This document shows positions 7,815 to 17,106 of a DNA stretch of 64,000 nucleotides, one piece after another. Source of the stretch: a virus. The notes below the pieces were generated by a model. It was given only the letters and a program-made list of their open reading frames with translations. It did no database searches and was not told the DNA's origin. Location: positions 1 to 64,000 of the IMG/VR virus record IMGVR_UViG_3300034092_003233; one strand, given 5' to 3'. The first letter of the stretch is position 1, and each line of letters starts with the position of its first letter. The translations under genes and the position numbers were made by a program.

Positions 7815-8468
7815 ATGTTGCAAAAAAAGTTTGTTCATATTCCTCATCAGTTTGATAATGTTGAATCCGTTGAAAACGAATCTGGTAGAAAATACCTCGT
7901 TGACGGAAACTATTATCCCTCTGTAACAACGGTAACAGGATGGCAAAAAAGATCATTCTTCGCGGAGTGGCGAAAAAACAATCAAGCAGAATCAAAACGG
8001 GTAGTAAAAAGAGGGACAAGCCTTCACTCCGTCATAGAAAAGTACCTCCTAAACCAAGAACTCAATACGAAAGAGATGTCGGTGGACATACTGGACTTAT
8101 TCCTCCAGATAAAAACCACTATAGACCGAATTGATAACATTCATGGTTTAGAATGTCCTCTTTTTAGCAAAACTATTGGTTTAGCAGGGAGAGTTGACTG
8201 TGTTGCTGAATTTGACGGCAAGTTATCCATAGTAGATTTTAAGGGAAGCACCAAAGTCAAAAGAGAAGAAGACATAGAAAACTACTTCACCCAGACGACA
8301 GCATATTCAATTATGTGGCAAGAAAAATTCAAAATACCGATCAAAAATGTATGCATTATAATTTCATGTGAAACGGGCGATACACAAATATTTCAGAGAA
8401 ACCCAATTCATTATGTTAATAAACTAAAACAGGCAATAGACTTTTACAGGAGTACAAATGGACATTAA
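7815..8468 (+). CDS. PD-(D/E)XK exonuclease (Cas4/RecB-like, T4-like phage family)
   Basis: YPSVTTV, RGTSLH, AGRVDC, SIVDFKGS, YFTQTTAY motifs. Confidence 0.9.
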   Translation: MLQKKFVHIPHQFDNVESVENESGRKYLVDGNYYPSVTTVTGWQKRSFFAEWRKNNQAESKRVVKRGTSLHSVIEKYLLNQELNTKEMSVDILDLFLQIKTTIDRIDNIHGLECPLFSKTIGLAGRVDCVAEFDGKLSIVDFKGSTKVKREEDIENYFTQTTAYSIMWQEKFKIPIKNVCIIISCETGDTQIFQRNPIHYVNKLKQAIDFYRSTNGH

Positions 8469-8796
8469 GAAACAGATCAATATTCGAAACACAAAAGCAT
8501 GGGTTCAAGCAAATGAAACCACAAATTCAAACAAATATAGAGAAGCATTTGTCAAAAAATATGGTGGATGCTTCAAAAAAAATAAAAACTTGTGGTTTTG
8601 GTCGGAAAAGGTTGAAAAAGAAGAAACTCCAACCAAACTTTGGCTTTTCTCAAGGAATGATGGTATATCTTTCATGTCTGAAAATTTCTCAGAATTTTGC
8701 AGAACACACGAACTTTCGAAATCTGCAATGTATGAATTAATGGCTGGAAAGAGAAAAAGCCATAAAGGATTCATCAAGATAGATAAATTAGTGTAG
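8458..8796 (+). CDS. Hypothetical protein with NUMOD1/HTH-like C-terminus
   Basis: FSEFCRTHELSKSAMYELMAGKRKSHKGF resembles homing-endonuclease DNA-binding modules. Confidence 0.5.
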   Translation: MDIKKQINIRNTKAWVQANETTNSNKYREAFVKKYGGCFKKNKNLWFWSEKVEKEETPTKLWLFSRNDGISFMSENFSEFCRTHELSKSAMYELMAGKRKSHKGFIKIDKLV

Positions 8797-8828
8797 TTCA
8801 TCCCAAATAACCACAGGGATGTCCAACC

Positions 8829-8856
8829 AGCCGAGCAAGTGCTCGGCTTTCTTTTT
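8829..8856 (+). terminator. Intrinsic terminator followed by late-promoter variant CTACATA (8857-8863)
   Basis: AGCCGAGC-aagt-GCTCGGCT then TTCTTTTT. Confidence 0.8.
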
Positions 8857-8894
8857 CTACATATCTTACAGGGTTTATCCTGCGGAAACTGCAC

Positions 8895-11800
8895 ATGAAT
8901 ATATTAACTGAAGCAAAACAAGTAGGTTCGGCATTCTTAGTAACAGGAGCGTTTAATCCTTATACAAGGGGACACGAAGAAGTAGCAAGAACAGCAGCAG
9001 AACACGCACATAGTTCCGGTTATAGTCATTTTTATCATGGATTGGGTGCATCTGAGAACAAACCAGACGCTCCTCTTTCTTTCTCTCAAAAAGAGGGAAT
9101 AGTAAAGGAATCTCATAAACACATAAGAGGCGGTTTGGGTAAAACAAATCTTAAGTTTGGCATTATTCCACAAAAATCATCCATAACTCCATTTCATCAA
9201 TTAGTACATCTGGTTGAAAAGGGAAAGCATAAGCACATTACTGTTGCTTTAGGTCCAGATCAATTCATCGGTGACAAATCCGTTAAGAAAAGCATAGAAG
9301 AACATATTAAAAAACATGGTGGTCTACTGGGTTCTGACAGAAAGACAGTGCATAAGGTAAAGATTGATTTTCATCGCCTCGCGGAAAAACGAGATGAATC
9401 AGAAAGAAGTCCAAGTCAACTACGAGCACTTATTCAAAACGGAAGAATGCCGGTTGAACACGCAAAAGCAGGCAGATTGAGAGCAGCAGTACAAACAGGA
9501 GATGATGAATTGGCACACTCACTTATGCCAGATTCTATTCATGCCGCAGGAAAACAAAAAGAATACGCAAGAATGATTAGATCTCAGTTTAAAAGCATTG
9601 CAGCACAAACTAAACCCAAGAAGAAAAAGAAGATCACAGAAATGTTCTCTATTGAAAAAATCAATGAGTATATTTCTATGTTAAATGAAGCCCAAATCGT
9701 TCGATCAGTAATCAATCAAAGAAAATACGCTCTCGCAGAGAGATTAAAAAGAGCAAAGGCGTCAAAAGATTCCGTGGAAGAACAAAATGCAAAAATACAA
9801 AACGCTCGCATGAGAACAAGGATAGAATTTGGAAGAAAACTATTGGCAGCAAAACGATCAGAAATTGCTGCTGGTCTAGATAAACCTCCACGAAGAACAG
9901 GCACCCCAAGTAAAACAGTTAATGAAGAAACTTTGTTGGAAGCAACTAGAAGAAAAAGCGTATCCTCTCCTGCAAAGACAAGAACAAAAGTAAGAACTGA
10001 AGTTCGTGCAGCAGGAAGTTCAATGAAGAAAGATACAATTCGGAAGCAAGAAGAACGAAAACAGAAGAAAAAAGGAAAATATGCCGTTGTCCTTGGTAAA
10101 GATAAAAAGATTAAAATCGTAGAAAGAAAAGCAATAGGTAAATCTAAAGTTATTGTTTCTCCTGAAAAATTTGATAAGGGCAAAGCCAAAAAGTACTTGG
10201 AAGATCCTACTTTCGAAATTACAGATTCTTCTAAGAAAATATTCCCAGAGTTTTCTAGAGCAAAACCAAAGGGTGCTGTGAAGAAGAAAAAGGCAAAAGA
10301 AACAAAGAAAAAAGCAAAAAAAACAGTAGAAAAAAAACCAACTGTAACCAAAAAAGATCCAAGAACAATACTCCCAGAACTTCCAAAAGTTCCACCAAAG
10401 GGAAAAACTAGAACAACTCCAAAATCTCAATACGAAGATTGGGATCACAGTTCTTTGGATTTAGAAGCAGCAATTCCTGTAGTTCTTAATCAAGTTTTGG
10501 GTGTAAAGGGAACTGATCCAAAATTAGAGAAAAAAATAAACGAAAAAATAGCAGCAAGTAAAACTTTGCAAGCATCAGCAATGCGTTGTGTGCAACAAAT
10601 ACAACAACAATTTGGTGATGTGGTTGGCGTTCACATGGGTTCAGCCAAAACCAAACTAACAAAACAATGGACTGATTCTGGTGGTACAGATAGTACACCA
10701 AAAACAGATATAATGTTTGTTCCTAGAGATTTGTGGAAACAAGCAAATGGTGATGTCACCAAGATAGATCCGAAAAAATGCATTAGAGCAAGCATGAAAG
10801 TTGGTGCCTCTCGTATCTTAAATGCCGAGGGAGGAGAAGCAGCAGCAACCGTAGAATCTGCCCTTACTATGGCTGGAGATATAGCCGCAAAAAATCCTAA
10901 AGTTAAAGGTATAGTCAAAAAAATTAAAGATGCATTATTGAATTTTGCCAAATCTGCTGAAACAGGAACTTATGAAGTTGGTGAAATCAAATCCTATATC
11001 TCTGATGGTGAACTTCCATCTGGCGCTAATGAAATAGAGATGAGAAAGTACAAAAAAATAGTTGAAGAACAAGATAAATTAAAAGATGATGTGGCAAATA
11101 TGTTCCGAGAAATTTTTGATATTAGTGAAGAATTCCAAACTTCAATGATATTAGAATCATTTAGTGGTGTTGGTAAGTTTGGAGCAAATAATGCTGCATG
11201 TGCAACTCATTTACTCGGAATGAATAAAGATGGAACTGGTGTAAAAGTTGATGTAATCAGCGAATCCCTTGTTAGAAAAATTCTTCCAGATTTAAAAATA
11301 AGAGGAGCATTCAAGGGGAGATCTAGGGCAGTTAAAGGACAGAAGAAAAAAATGAGATCTTTTTCTACTTTGTTTAATATTGATTATACACCAAGACTAC
11401 ACGAACAAATGGAAAATTCTGCTTTAGGTGTCCCAATGAGTTCTGTGATGAAAAATGATTTAGATCAAATTGGAAATGATGTTAATGCACTTATGATGTA
11501 TTCCGACTTAGAACCACAAATAATGGTATCTAATGAAATTGATGTTACAGATTATATGGATGGAACATCTAGAGGTTATAATCAAATTGTTATAGATGGT
11601 AGAAAAGTTTTCTCTATTCCGGTTATGGATTACCAACAATTTGAGGAAAACCCACAGGAGATTAATGAACAATCATACGAGTTCATAAATGATTTCTTGA
11701 TTGAAAATAAAAATAACGAAGAAGCACTCAACATTGCATTGACTTCTGGCTTAGTTTCACCCGAAACAATAATGATGTGTGATTTAGAGTCAGACTTAGC

Positions 11801-12218
11801 AAGTTTGTTAAATGAAATGTGGGAAAATAGTTTATTGTCTCCAGAAATGTTTGCAAGTTTTGTGAACGAGGCAAGAAATTATAGAAAAGAATATGATAAT
11901 TATCATAGTAAACCAAAACAAAGAAAAAATAGATCTAGCAGAGTATTGGCTCGGCGCAAAAAGATAAAAAAGGGACATGTCCGTAAAGGGGATGGAAATG
12001 ATGTTCACCACGAAGATGGGAATCCACAAAACAATTCGGATTCAAATCTCAAGGTTCTTTCAAAGAGCAAAAATAGATCTATGAACGAAGAACATGGTGC
12101 AGGAGAAGCCGGAACAGATGAATTGCGAAAAAAATATGTGGAAGAAACACCATATATGATTGATCCAGTTAAGAAGATTTTAAAAGGAGTAGTTAAAAAT
12201 GGCATCAAACGCAACTGA
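8895..12218 (+). CDS. 1107-aa polyprotein: HIGH-family nucleotidyltransferase, PD-(D/E)XK-like nuclease, HNH domain
   Basis: GAFNPYTRGH (HxGH-type); TPKTDIMF...SMK; DVHHEDGNPQNNSDSNLKVLSKSKN; LxE motifs between domains. Confidence 0.75.
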   Translation: MNILTEAKQVGSAFLVTGAFNPYTRGHEEVARTAAEHAHSSGYSHFYHGLGASENKPDAPLSFSQKEGIVKESHKHIRGGLGKTNLKFGIIPQKSSITPFHQLVHLVEKGKHKHITVALGPDQFIGDKSVKKSIEEHIKKHGGLLGSDRKTVHKVKIDFHRLAEKRDESERSPSQLRALIQNGRMPVEHAKAGRLRAAVQTGDDELAHSLMPDSIHAAGKQKEYARMIRSQFKSIAAQTKPKKKKKITEMFSIEKINEYISMLNEAQIVRSVINQRKYALAERLKRAKASKDSVEEQNAKIQNARMRTRIEFGRKLLAAKRSEIAAGLDKPPRRTGTPSKTVNEETLLEATRRKSVSSPAKTRTKVRTEVRAAGSSMKKDTIRKQEERKQKKKGKYAVVLGKDKKIKIVERKAIGKSKVIVSPEKFDKGKAKKYLEDPTFEITDSSKKIFPEFSRAKPKGAVKKKKAKETKKKAKKTVEKKPTVTKKDPRTILPELPKVPPKGKTRTTPKSQYEDWDHSSLDLEAAIPVVLNQVLGVKGTDPKLEKKINEKIAASKTLQASAMRCVQQIQQQFGDVVGVHMGSAKTKLTKQWTDSGGTDSTPKTDIMFVPRDLWKQANGDVTKIDPKKCIRASMKVGASRILNAEGGEAAATVESALTMAGDIAAKNPKVKGIVKKIKDALLNFAKSAETGTYEVGEIKSYISDGELPSGANEIEMRKYKKIVEEQDKLKDDVANMFREIFDISEEFQTSMILESFSGVGKFGANNAACATHLLGMNKDGTGVKVDVISESLVRKILPDLKIRGAFKGRSRAVKGQKKKMRSFSTLFNIDYTPRLHEQMENSALGVPMSSVMKNDLDQIGNDVNALMMYSDLEPQIMVSNEIDVTDYMDGTSRGYNQIVIDGRKVFSIPVMDYQQFEENPQEINEQSYEFINDFLIENKNNEEALNIALTSGLVSPETIMMCDLESDLASLLNEMWENSLLSPEMFASFVNEARNYRKEYDNYHSKPKQRKNRSSRVLARRKKIKKGHVRKGDGNDVHHEDGNPQNNSDSNLKVLSKSKNRSMNEEHGAGEAGTDELRKKYVEETPYMIDPVKKILKGVVKNGIKRN

Positions 12219-12816
12219 CATAATACTTCATTGGTTTGAAGTGGCGAGTATTGTCACCGCAGTAACTGTTGGTGTCTTTCTTACTGGTATTAAACTTTTA
12301 TTCAAAAAGAAATGTGATGAAAACAAAAAATTTATTCAAGTTCATAGCGAAATACACGAAACCCTTACAGAACTTAGAATCAAAACAGATGCAGCAAGAG
12401 CACAAGTTATACAATTCCACAATGGAGAATACTTCATGGATGGAGTTTCGATGCGTAAGTTCACTCTCACTCACGAATCTTTGTCTCGCGGGATGTCGGC
12501 CGATGCCGGAAGAATTAAAGGATTGCTCTGCTCGATGTTTCTTCCACTACTAAATGCAGTAGTAGCAAATGATCCAAAAATCATTTCAATGTATGATTTA
12601 GAGCATTCATTTTTTAAACAATTTTTTGAAGATAATAATGTAGAAGGATTCTGTGTTTTACCAATAACTATAAAAAACCAAATTACTGGATTCGTATTAT
12701 TACAATGGTGCAATTCGACTAAATTTGATTTAGTTGATACTGGCGTGGTGAAGGAAATGATGCAAACTGCGAGAAGCGCAATAGAAGTACAAATAGCATC
12801 TCAGAAAAAAGGTTAA
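12199..12816 (+). CDS. N-terminal TM plus GAF-like domain; candidate T4 T-type holin
   Basis: TM at about aa 10-35; VIQFHNG...FCVLPI...ITGFVLLQW GAF-like strands; size similar to T4 holin. Confidence 0.5.
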   Translation: MASNATDIILHWFEVASIVTAVTVGVFLTGIKLLFKKKCDENKKFIQVHSEIHETLTELRIKTDAARAQVIQFHNGEYFMDGVSMRKFTLTHESLSRGMSADAGRIKGLLCSMFLPLLNAVVANDPKIISMYDLEHSFFKQFFEDNNVEGFCVLPITIKNQITGFVLLQWCNSTKFDLVDTGVVKEMMQTARSAIEVQIASQKKG

Positions 12817-12822
12817 ATACTA

Positions 12823-13896
12823 ATGTTAAATGAAGATTTAAGAAGATGGTTTAGAGAAAAATGGGTTGATATATCCAAAAAGACAAAAGGTGGAAAACAT
12901 CCTCCATGTGGAAGAGAAAAAGCCAAAGATTCAAAATACCCAAAGTGTAGACCATCTGTTAGAGTTTCATCAGAAACACCAGAAACTTCTGGGGAAATGA
13001 CGAAAACAGAAAAGAAAAAGGCAGTGACACAAAAAAGAAGAGCAGAATCCAAAGTTAGCACAGAAGGAAAAGGAAGAAAACCAGTTATGACATCTCACAA
13101 AAAAATAAATGAAGAAACTTTAAACAAAATAACTAACTTTGTTTTAAAACAATCTATACCTATGGTGAACAATCGGTTTGAATTTAATTTCAATAAAACA
13201 ATACTAGAAAATATTGATTCTTCCTTCTTAAACAAAAAAGTAATAATTCAATACTTGAACGAAGAAAATGCCCCAGTATTCCAAAAAGGCATATTTAAAA
13301 TAGCATCAAATGTAAAAATTAAAGAAGGTAAAGATTTTGAAATATTGACAAATTCAGAATCAATTGGCGTTAATTATGAAGACATTCTTTCGTTAAAAAC
13401 CATCAATGACAAACATATTATTCAATATGATATTTTAAATGAAGGAAAGAACAAACCAACAAATGCAAAACTCTGGTCAAAAGCAAAGTCACTAGCAAAG
13501 CAAAAGTTCAAAGTATATCCAAGTGCCTACGCCAATGGTTGGGCAGCAAAGTGGTATAAAAAACACGGAGGTGGTTGGAAAACCGTAAATGAAGAAGTTC
13601 AGAACAACATAGAAATAAATGAAGAAACAAAAAAAATAGTATCAAAGTTAGTTTCTAATCTTCTTCCCTCTTTAAATGAAGAAATTGTAAATGCAAAACA
13701 CGCAGGAACAATGACTAAAAAGGAAATAAAAAGCAGAGACAAAATTGCGAAGAAAATAAAAGCAAAACCCATAAAGGGCAAAGATACTGAAGAAAATGCC
13801 AAATATCGGCTTGCTACTTATATTGAATTACGCAAGAGGGGTCAAGAACCAAAACCCAAAAAGAAGAAAACAAAAAAGAAAAAAGGTAAACCATGA
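12823..13896 (+). CDS. Probable internal head polyprotein with two small basic conserved phage domains
   Basis: MLNE start; KWVDIS..PCGR..YPKCRP and LWSKAK..YPSAYANGW..KWYKK.GGGW domains separated by INEE/LNEE sites. Confidence 0.7.
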   Translation: MLNEDLRRWFREKWVDISKKTKGGKHPPCGREKAKDSKYPKCRPSVRVSSETPETSGEMTKTEKKKAVTQKRRAESKVSTEGKGRKPVMTSHKKINEETLNKITNFVLKQSIPMVNNRFEFNFNKTILENIDSSFLNKKVIIQYLNEENAPVFQKGIFKIASNVKIKEGKDFEILTNSESIGVNYEDILSLKTINDKHIIQYDILNEGKNKPTNAKLWSKAKSLAKQKFKVYPSAYANGWAAKWYKKHGGGWKTVNEEVQNNIEINEETKKIVSKLVSNLLPSLNEEIVNAKHAGTMTKKEIKSRDKIAKKIKAKPIKGKDTEENAKYRLATYIELRKRGQEPKPKKKKTKKKKGKP

Positions 13897-14081
13897 AAAG
13901 TTTTACTGATTATTTAAAAGAACAAGAACAACCAAGTTTACCTTGGGAACACGCCATAGAGGCAAAAAAGAAGAGAGAACAAGAGGAAAACTGGGATAAA
14001 GAGTACGATAAACACGCAGACAGAGGTGGCGTATCACACAAACAGATCATAAATTTGATCGGTGAACGCCCAAAAGACTAA
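13893..14081 (+). CDS. Small CTS-bearing protein (MKSFTDYLKE)
   Basis: ATGA overlap; CTS-like N-terminus. Confidence 0.65.
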   Translation: MKSFTDYLKEQEQPSLPWEHAIEAKKKREQEENWDKEYDKHADRGGVSHKQIINLIGERPKD

Positions 14082-14100
14082 ATCCCCAACAAAAAAGCCG

Positions 14101-14108
14101 CATAAATA
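14101..14108 (+). promoter_or_regulatory. Late promoter
   Basis: CATAAATA upstream of SD-led gene. Confidence 0.6.
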
Positions 14109-14123
14109 AACAAAGAGGACAAC

Positions 14124-14615
14124 ATGAAACGATTTAAAGAACTCAGAAACGAAATTCAAGAACTCGCAGAAGATTATTCCGAAGGTGGTGGAATGGGTTA
14201 TGACCCAACCCTTTCATCAAAGGGTAGATCTGCTGTTGATATGGTTCAACCAACAAACTATAACAATGTAGAGGAACTGGATAAACTAAATGCATTCTTA
14301 TCCGCATTTACATCTAGAACCTATCTAGATCCAAAATCTGCTTTATTCTTGCTCAGAGCAAAAATGAATCATGTAAATGTTGATTTTGACATGACTAAAG
14401 CAACAGAATTAGAGATCGGAAAGCAGTATGAACTTCCACTAATGAGATTTGGTGGTACATTCGGAACTTCACCGACTCACGATCTTGCACAAGGTTTTGA
14501 AAAGACTAATGGGTTCAACGGTGGAAATTTTGTTCTTCAATTGACTGTAGAGCCATCAGGTGGAGAAGAACGAAGAGCACCATATTTCATCAAGGCAAGA
14601 ATCGTAGAGAAGTAA
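14124..14615 (+). CDS. Late protein with CTS-like N-terminus (MKRFKELRNE)
   Basis: SD GAGG; late promoter. Confidence 0.65.
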   Translation: MKRFKELRNEIQELAEDYSEGGGMGYDPTLSSKGRSAVDMVQPTNYNNVEELDKLNAFLSAFTSRTYLDPKSALFLLRAKMNHVNVDFDMTKATELEIGKQYELPLMRFGGTFGTSPTHDLAQGFEKTNGFNGGNFVLQLTVEPSGGEERRAPYFIKARIVEK

Positions 14616-14622
14616 TATTTTT

Positions 14623-15003
14623 ATGAAGTTTGGAATTCTTAATGATGATAATTTTATGATGTTTGCTATGCAACATTATGATAATCCTGTTTGTAAAGGC
14701 ATACAAGAATTCAATGATGATTTGACTAGAGTAAAGTATATAAAAAGATTACTCAACAGATATGATAAAACAAAAGACTTGAAAGAAAGATTAATTCTAA
14801 ATCACATAATTTTATTGAATAATGTATTTGGCAATGAAGCGTGTTCTAGAATTCTTTTCTTTAAGGTCTGTCCCAAACTTCATCCATATTTAAAGTCGTT
14901 TTTGGAATATTTAAATATATTGCCAAAAACAATACCGGAAGCCGATTTGACTAAAATTATGAGTGATCATAGAATAAACATACTTTTAAAGAATCTAAAA
15001 TGA
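14623..15003 (+). CDS. Conserved T4-like phage hypothetical protein
   Basis: LNDDNFMMFAMQHYDNP...YIKRLL...LKERLILNHII...NVFG family typical of T4-like phages. Confidence 0.8.
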   Translation: MKFGILNDDNFMMFAMQHYDNPVCKGIQEFNDDLTRVKYIKRLLNRYDKTKDLKERLILNHIILLNNVFGNEACSRILFFKVCPKLHPYLKSFLEYLNILPKTIPEADLTKIMSDHRINILLKNLK

Positions 15004-16637
15004 ATTCACTTTCTTATTCCAACATAGTAACAAGTTTCACAATATGGGAGTTTTTGTCGGAATTGACAAAACCATTCACCCAAATGGATATTTACAGGGT
15101 TGGGATAATAGACGCGAATGGTAAATTTCTCAAAGATCCGCAAGACTACAAAACACAACAAGAAGCCAGAGCAGGGAATGCCTTTTATCGTCTTATAGTT
15201 GTTCTAAAGAGAGCATTACGAACATCATCAGATCCAATGGTTAGATACGCCATGACAAATCCGATGGCTGCTCTACGAGCATTGTCAGAAGAAGTAGAAA
15301 CTCTTGGTGGGAATTCTAATTACTTTTTAGAGTATCTTACTCCCATTGTAGAAGAAATGTCTGTTGGTGGTGGTGGAATTGTTGGAGTGGGAGTTCCTGC
15401 TGACAAACCAGAGGATGTTGTAGTTACTCCACAAGCAGCCAAAAAGCACAAGAGAAGAGTAAAAACAGGAGTTGGTAGAAAACTCTTTGAACAGTTATTA
15501 ACCGAAGCAAAACGAGTTGTAGAAACAACCGGTCACATGACACATGTTGGTGATTTCTTATATCATGGTGATCCTATGGTTGCTATAAAGCATTTAGAAG
15601 CAACTCATAAAAGGTTTCATACTGGTAGGGAAACAAAAGATCATAAATTATCATTGAAGGCTGATGGTGGGATGAGCATTGTTATAAAACGACACAAAGA
15701 CGGAACTCCTGCTGTTGCTTATAAAACTGGTGCCGCAGAGTATCGAACCGAAAAGGAAATAGAAGCCGCGGGAAAACCACACTTAACCGCATCTCTTGTT
15801 CCAGCACTTCAATTGGCGAAAAAACTAAATTTAAGACCAGGAACAGCAGTACAAGGAGATTTGTTGTTTGCCGGCTCTGAGCATCGCGGTAGAGCACAGC
15901 CAAATGCAATTAATTATTCTGTTCCACATAATTCCACAATTGGTTTTGCTCCACATTCTGAATACAAAACAGATGGCGGAACATTAGATCTTAGAAAGAC
16001 ATCAAGCCATCCAGATCATTCGGGATTGCAAGCGGAAGGTGCATTTATTCCAAATTTGGCAATAACTAAAAAAACCAAACTAGCATTGACACCAAAAAGA
16101 AATGCTTTGATTTCCAAATCATTGACTGCTGCTAAAAAAATTCTGTCAGATAAACAACTGATAAAATTCAGCAAATCATTACCATCAAATAAAAAATTTC
16201 ACAAAATGTTACAAGAATACTCAAATCACGCAGCAAGAACAAGTGGTGTTAGAACTACTGATAATTTGAGAAAGTTCATTGATATTCACATGAACAAGGC
16301 ATCTCAACGAGGTTTATCCGAAAAAACCAAAAAATCTATGGTAGATTCTTTTCATGGATTCATAAACACAAATTCGCATCATTTTGATAACCTTTTTGCA
16401 GCACACGGACACATAAACACGGCAAAACACGCCATGTTAGATCAATTTGGAGAACATCACGATCAATTTAGTCTTCGTACTCATGGTGGTGAAGAACACG
16501 AAGGATTTGTATCTGCTTTAGGTGTCCCCGGAGTTAGGGAAACCCAAGCAAAGTTTGTCAGAGAAGGTCCCGGTGGATTCCCAGAGAAGAATGTCAAAAA
16601 TGCCATTATTCGCTTCGGAAAAGCACCAGAAGCATAA
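15000..16637 (+). CDS. Two-part protein: conserved phage N-terminal domain plus ligase-like (KxDG) nucleotidyltransferase domain
   Basis: LSLKADGG (motif I), VQGDLLF (III), HEGFV (IV), AKFV (V); IVEE and LLTE sites precede the domain. Confidence 0.65.
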   Translation: MNSLSYSNIVTSFTIWEFLSELTKPFTQMDIYRVGIIDANGKFLKDPQDYKTQQEARAGNAFYRLIVVLKRALRTSSDPMVRYAMTNPMAALRALSEEVETLGGNSNYFLEYLTPIVEEMSVGGGGIVGVGVPADKPEDVVVTPQAAKKHKRRVKTGVGRKLFEQLLTEAKRVVETTGHMTHVGDFLYHGDPMVAIKHLEATHKRFHTGRETKDHKLSLKADGGMSIVIKRHKDGTPAVAYKTGAAEYRTEKEIEAAGKPHLTASLVPALQLAKKLNLRPGTAVQGDLLFAGSEHRGRAQPNAINYSVPHNSTIGFAPHSEYKTDGGTLDLRKTSSHPDHSGLQAEGAFIPNLAITKKTKLALTPKRNALISKSLTAAKKILSDKQLIKFSKSLPSNKKFHKMLQEYSNHAARTSGVRTTDNLRKFIDIHMNKASQRGLSEKTKKSMVDSFHGFINTNSHHFDNLFAAHGHINTAKHAMLDQFGEHHDQFSLRTHGGEEHEGFVSALGVPGVRETQAKFVREGPGGFPEKNVKNAIIRFGKAPEA

Positions 16638-16640
16638 ATA
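16633..16640 (+). promoter_or_regulatory. Late promoter
   Basis: CATAAATA overlapping upstream stop codon. Confidence 0.6.
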
Positions 16641-16659
16641 ACATAAACGGAGGTATAGT

Positions 16660-17097
16660 ATGTTTCCAACAGAATTGATTTCCATGCTAGGCGGTGGGAT
16701 CACAGGGTTTCTTTTTAGGTATTGGGCGCAAAGAGCACAAGATCAAAAAGAAATGTTCCAAATGGCAATGGAAGCTAATAAGCAGACAACCGAGAATCAG
16801 GACAAAGCAGTAAAGAGAGTCCCAATTGATGTGGGTAAGGGCGTTCGTCAATTTATTGTTTTAACTGTTTTATTCGGAACAATTGCAGCACCATTTATAC
16901 TACCATTTTTTGGTGTACCAACTTTCGTAGAAGTTGATGCAAAGAATCCAGAGGGGTTATTTGGTTTAATCCCAGAAACCACTAAGAAGTTCTTTGTTCA
17001 GATAAATGGATTCCTTTATACTTCCGAGAATAGACAAATTCTTCTTAGTATCATTGGATTTTATTTTGGTACTGCCGCTGGCGGAAACAAATCATAA
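16660..17097 (+). CDS. Membrane protein, holin-like candidate
   Basis: Three hydrophobic segments, C-terminal IIGFYFGT; SD GGAGG; late promoter. Confidence 0.55.
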   Translation: MFPTELISMLGGGITGFLFRYWAQRAQDQKEMFQMAMEANKQTTENQDKAVKRVPIDVGKGVRQFIVLTVLFGTIAAPFILPFFGVPTFVEVDAKNPEGLFGLIPETTKKFFVQINGFLYTSENRQILLSIIGFYFGTAAGGNKS

Positions 17098-17106
17098 GGA
17101 GTTGCA

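Noticed and set aside
7815-8468. Cas4 as part of a CRISPR system
   Set aside because: Lacks the four-Cys cluster pattern and any cas neighbours; ordinary phage exonuclease
9716-10448. Long Phe-rich minus-strand ORFs
   Set aside because: Antisense shadows of the Lys-rich linker in the 1107-aa gene
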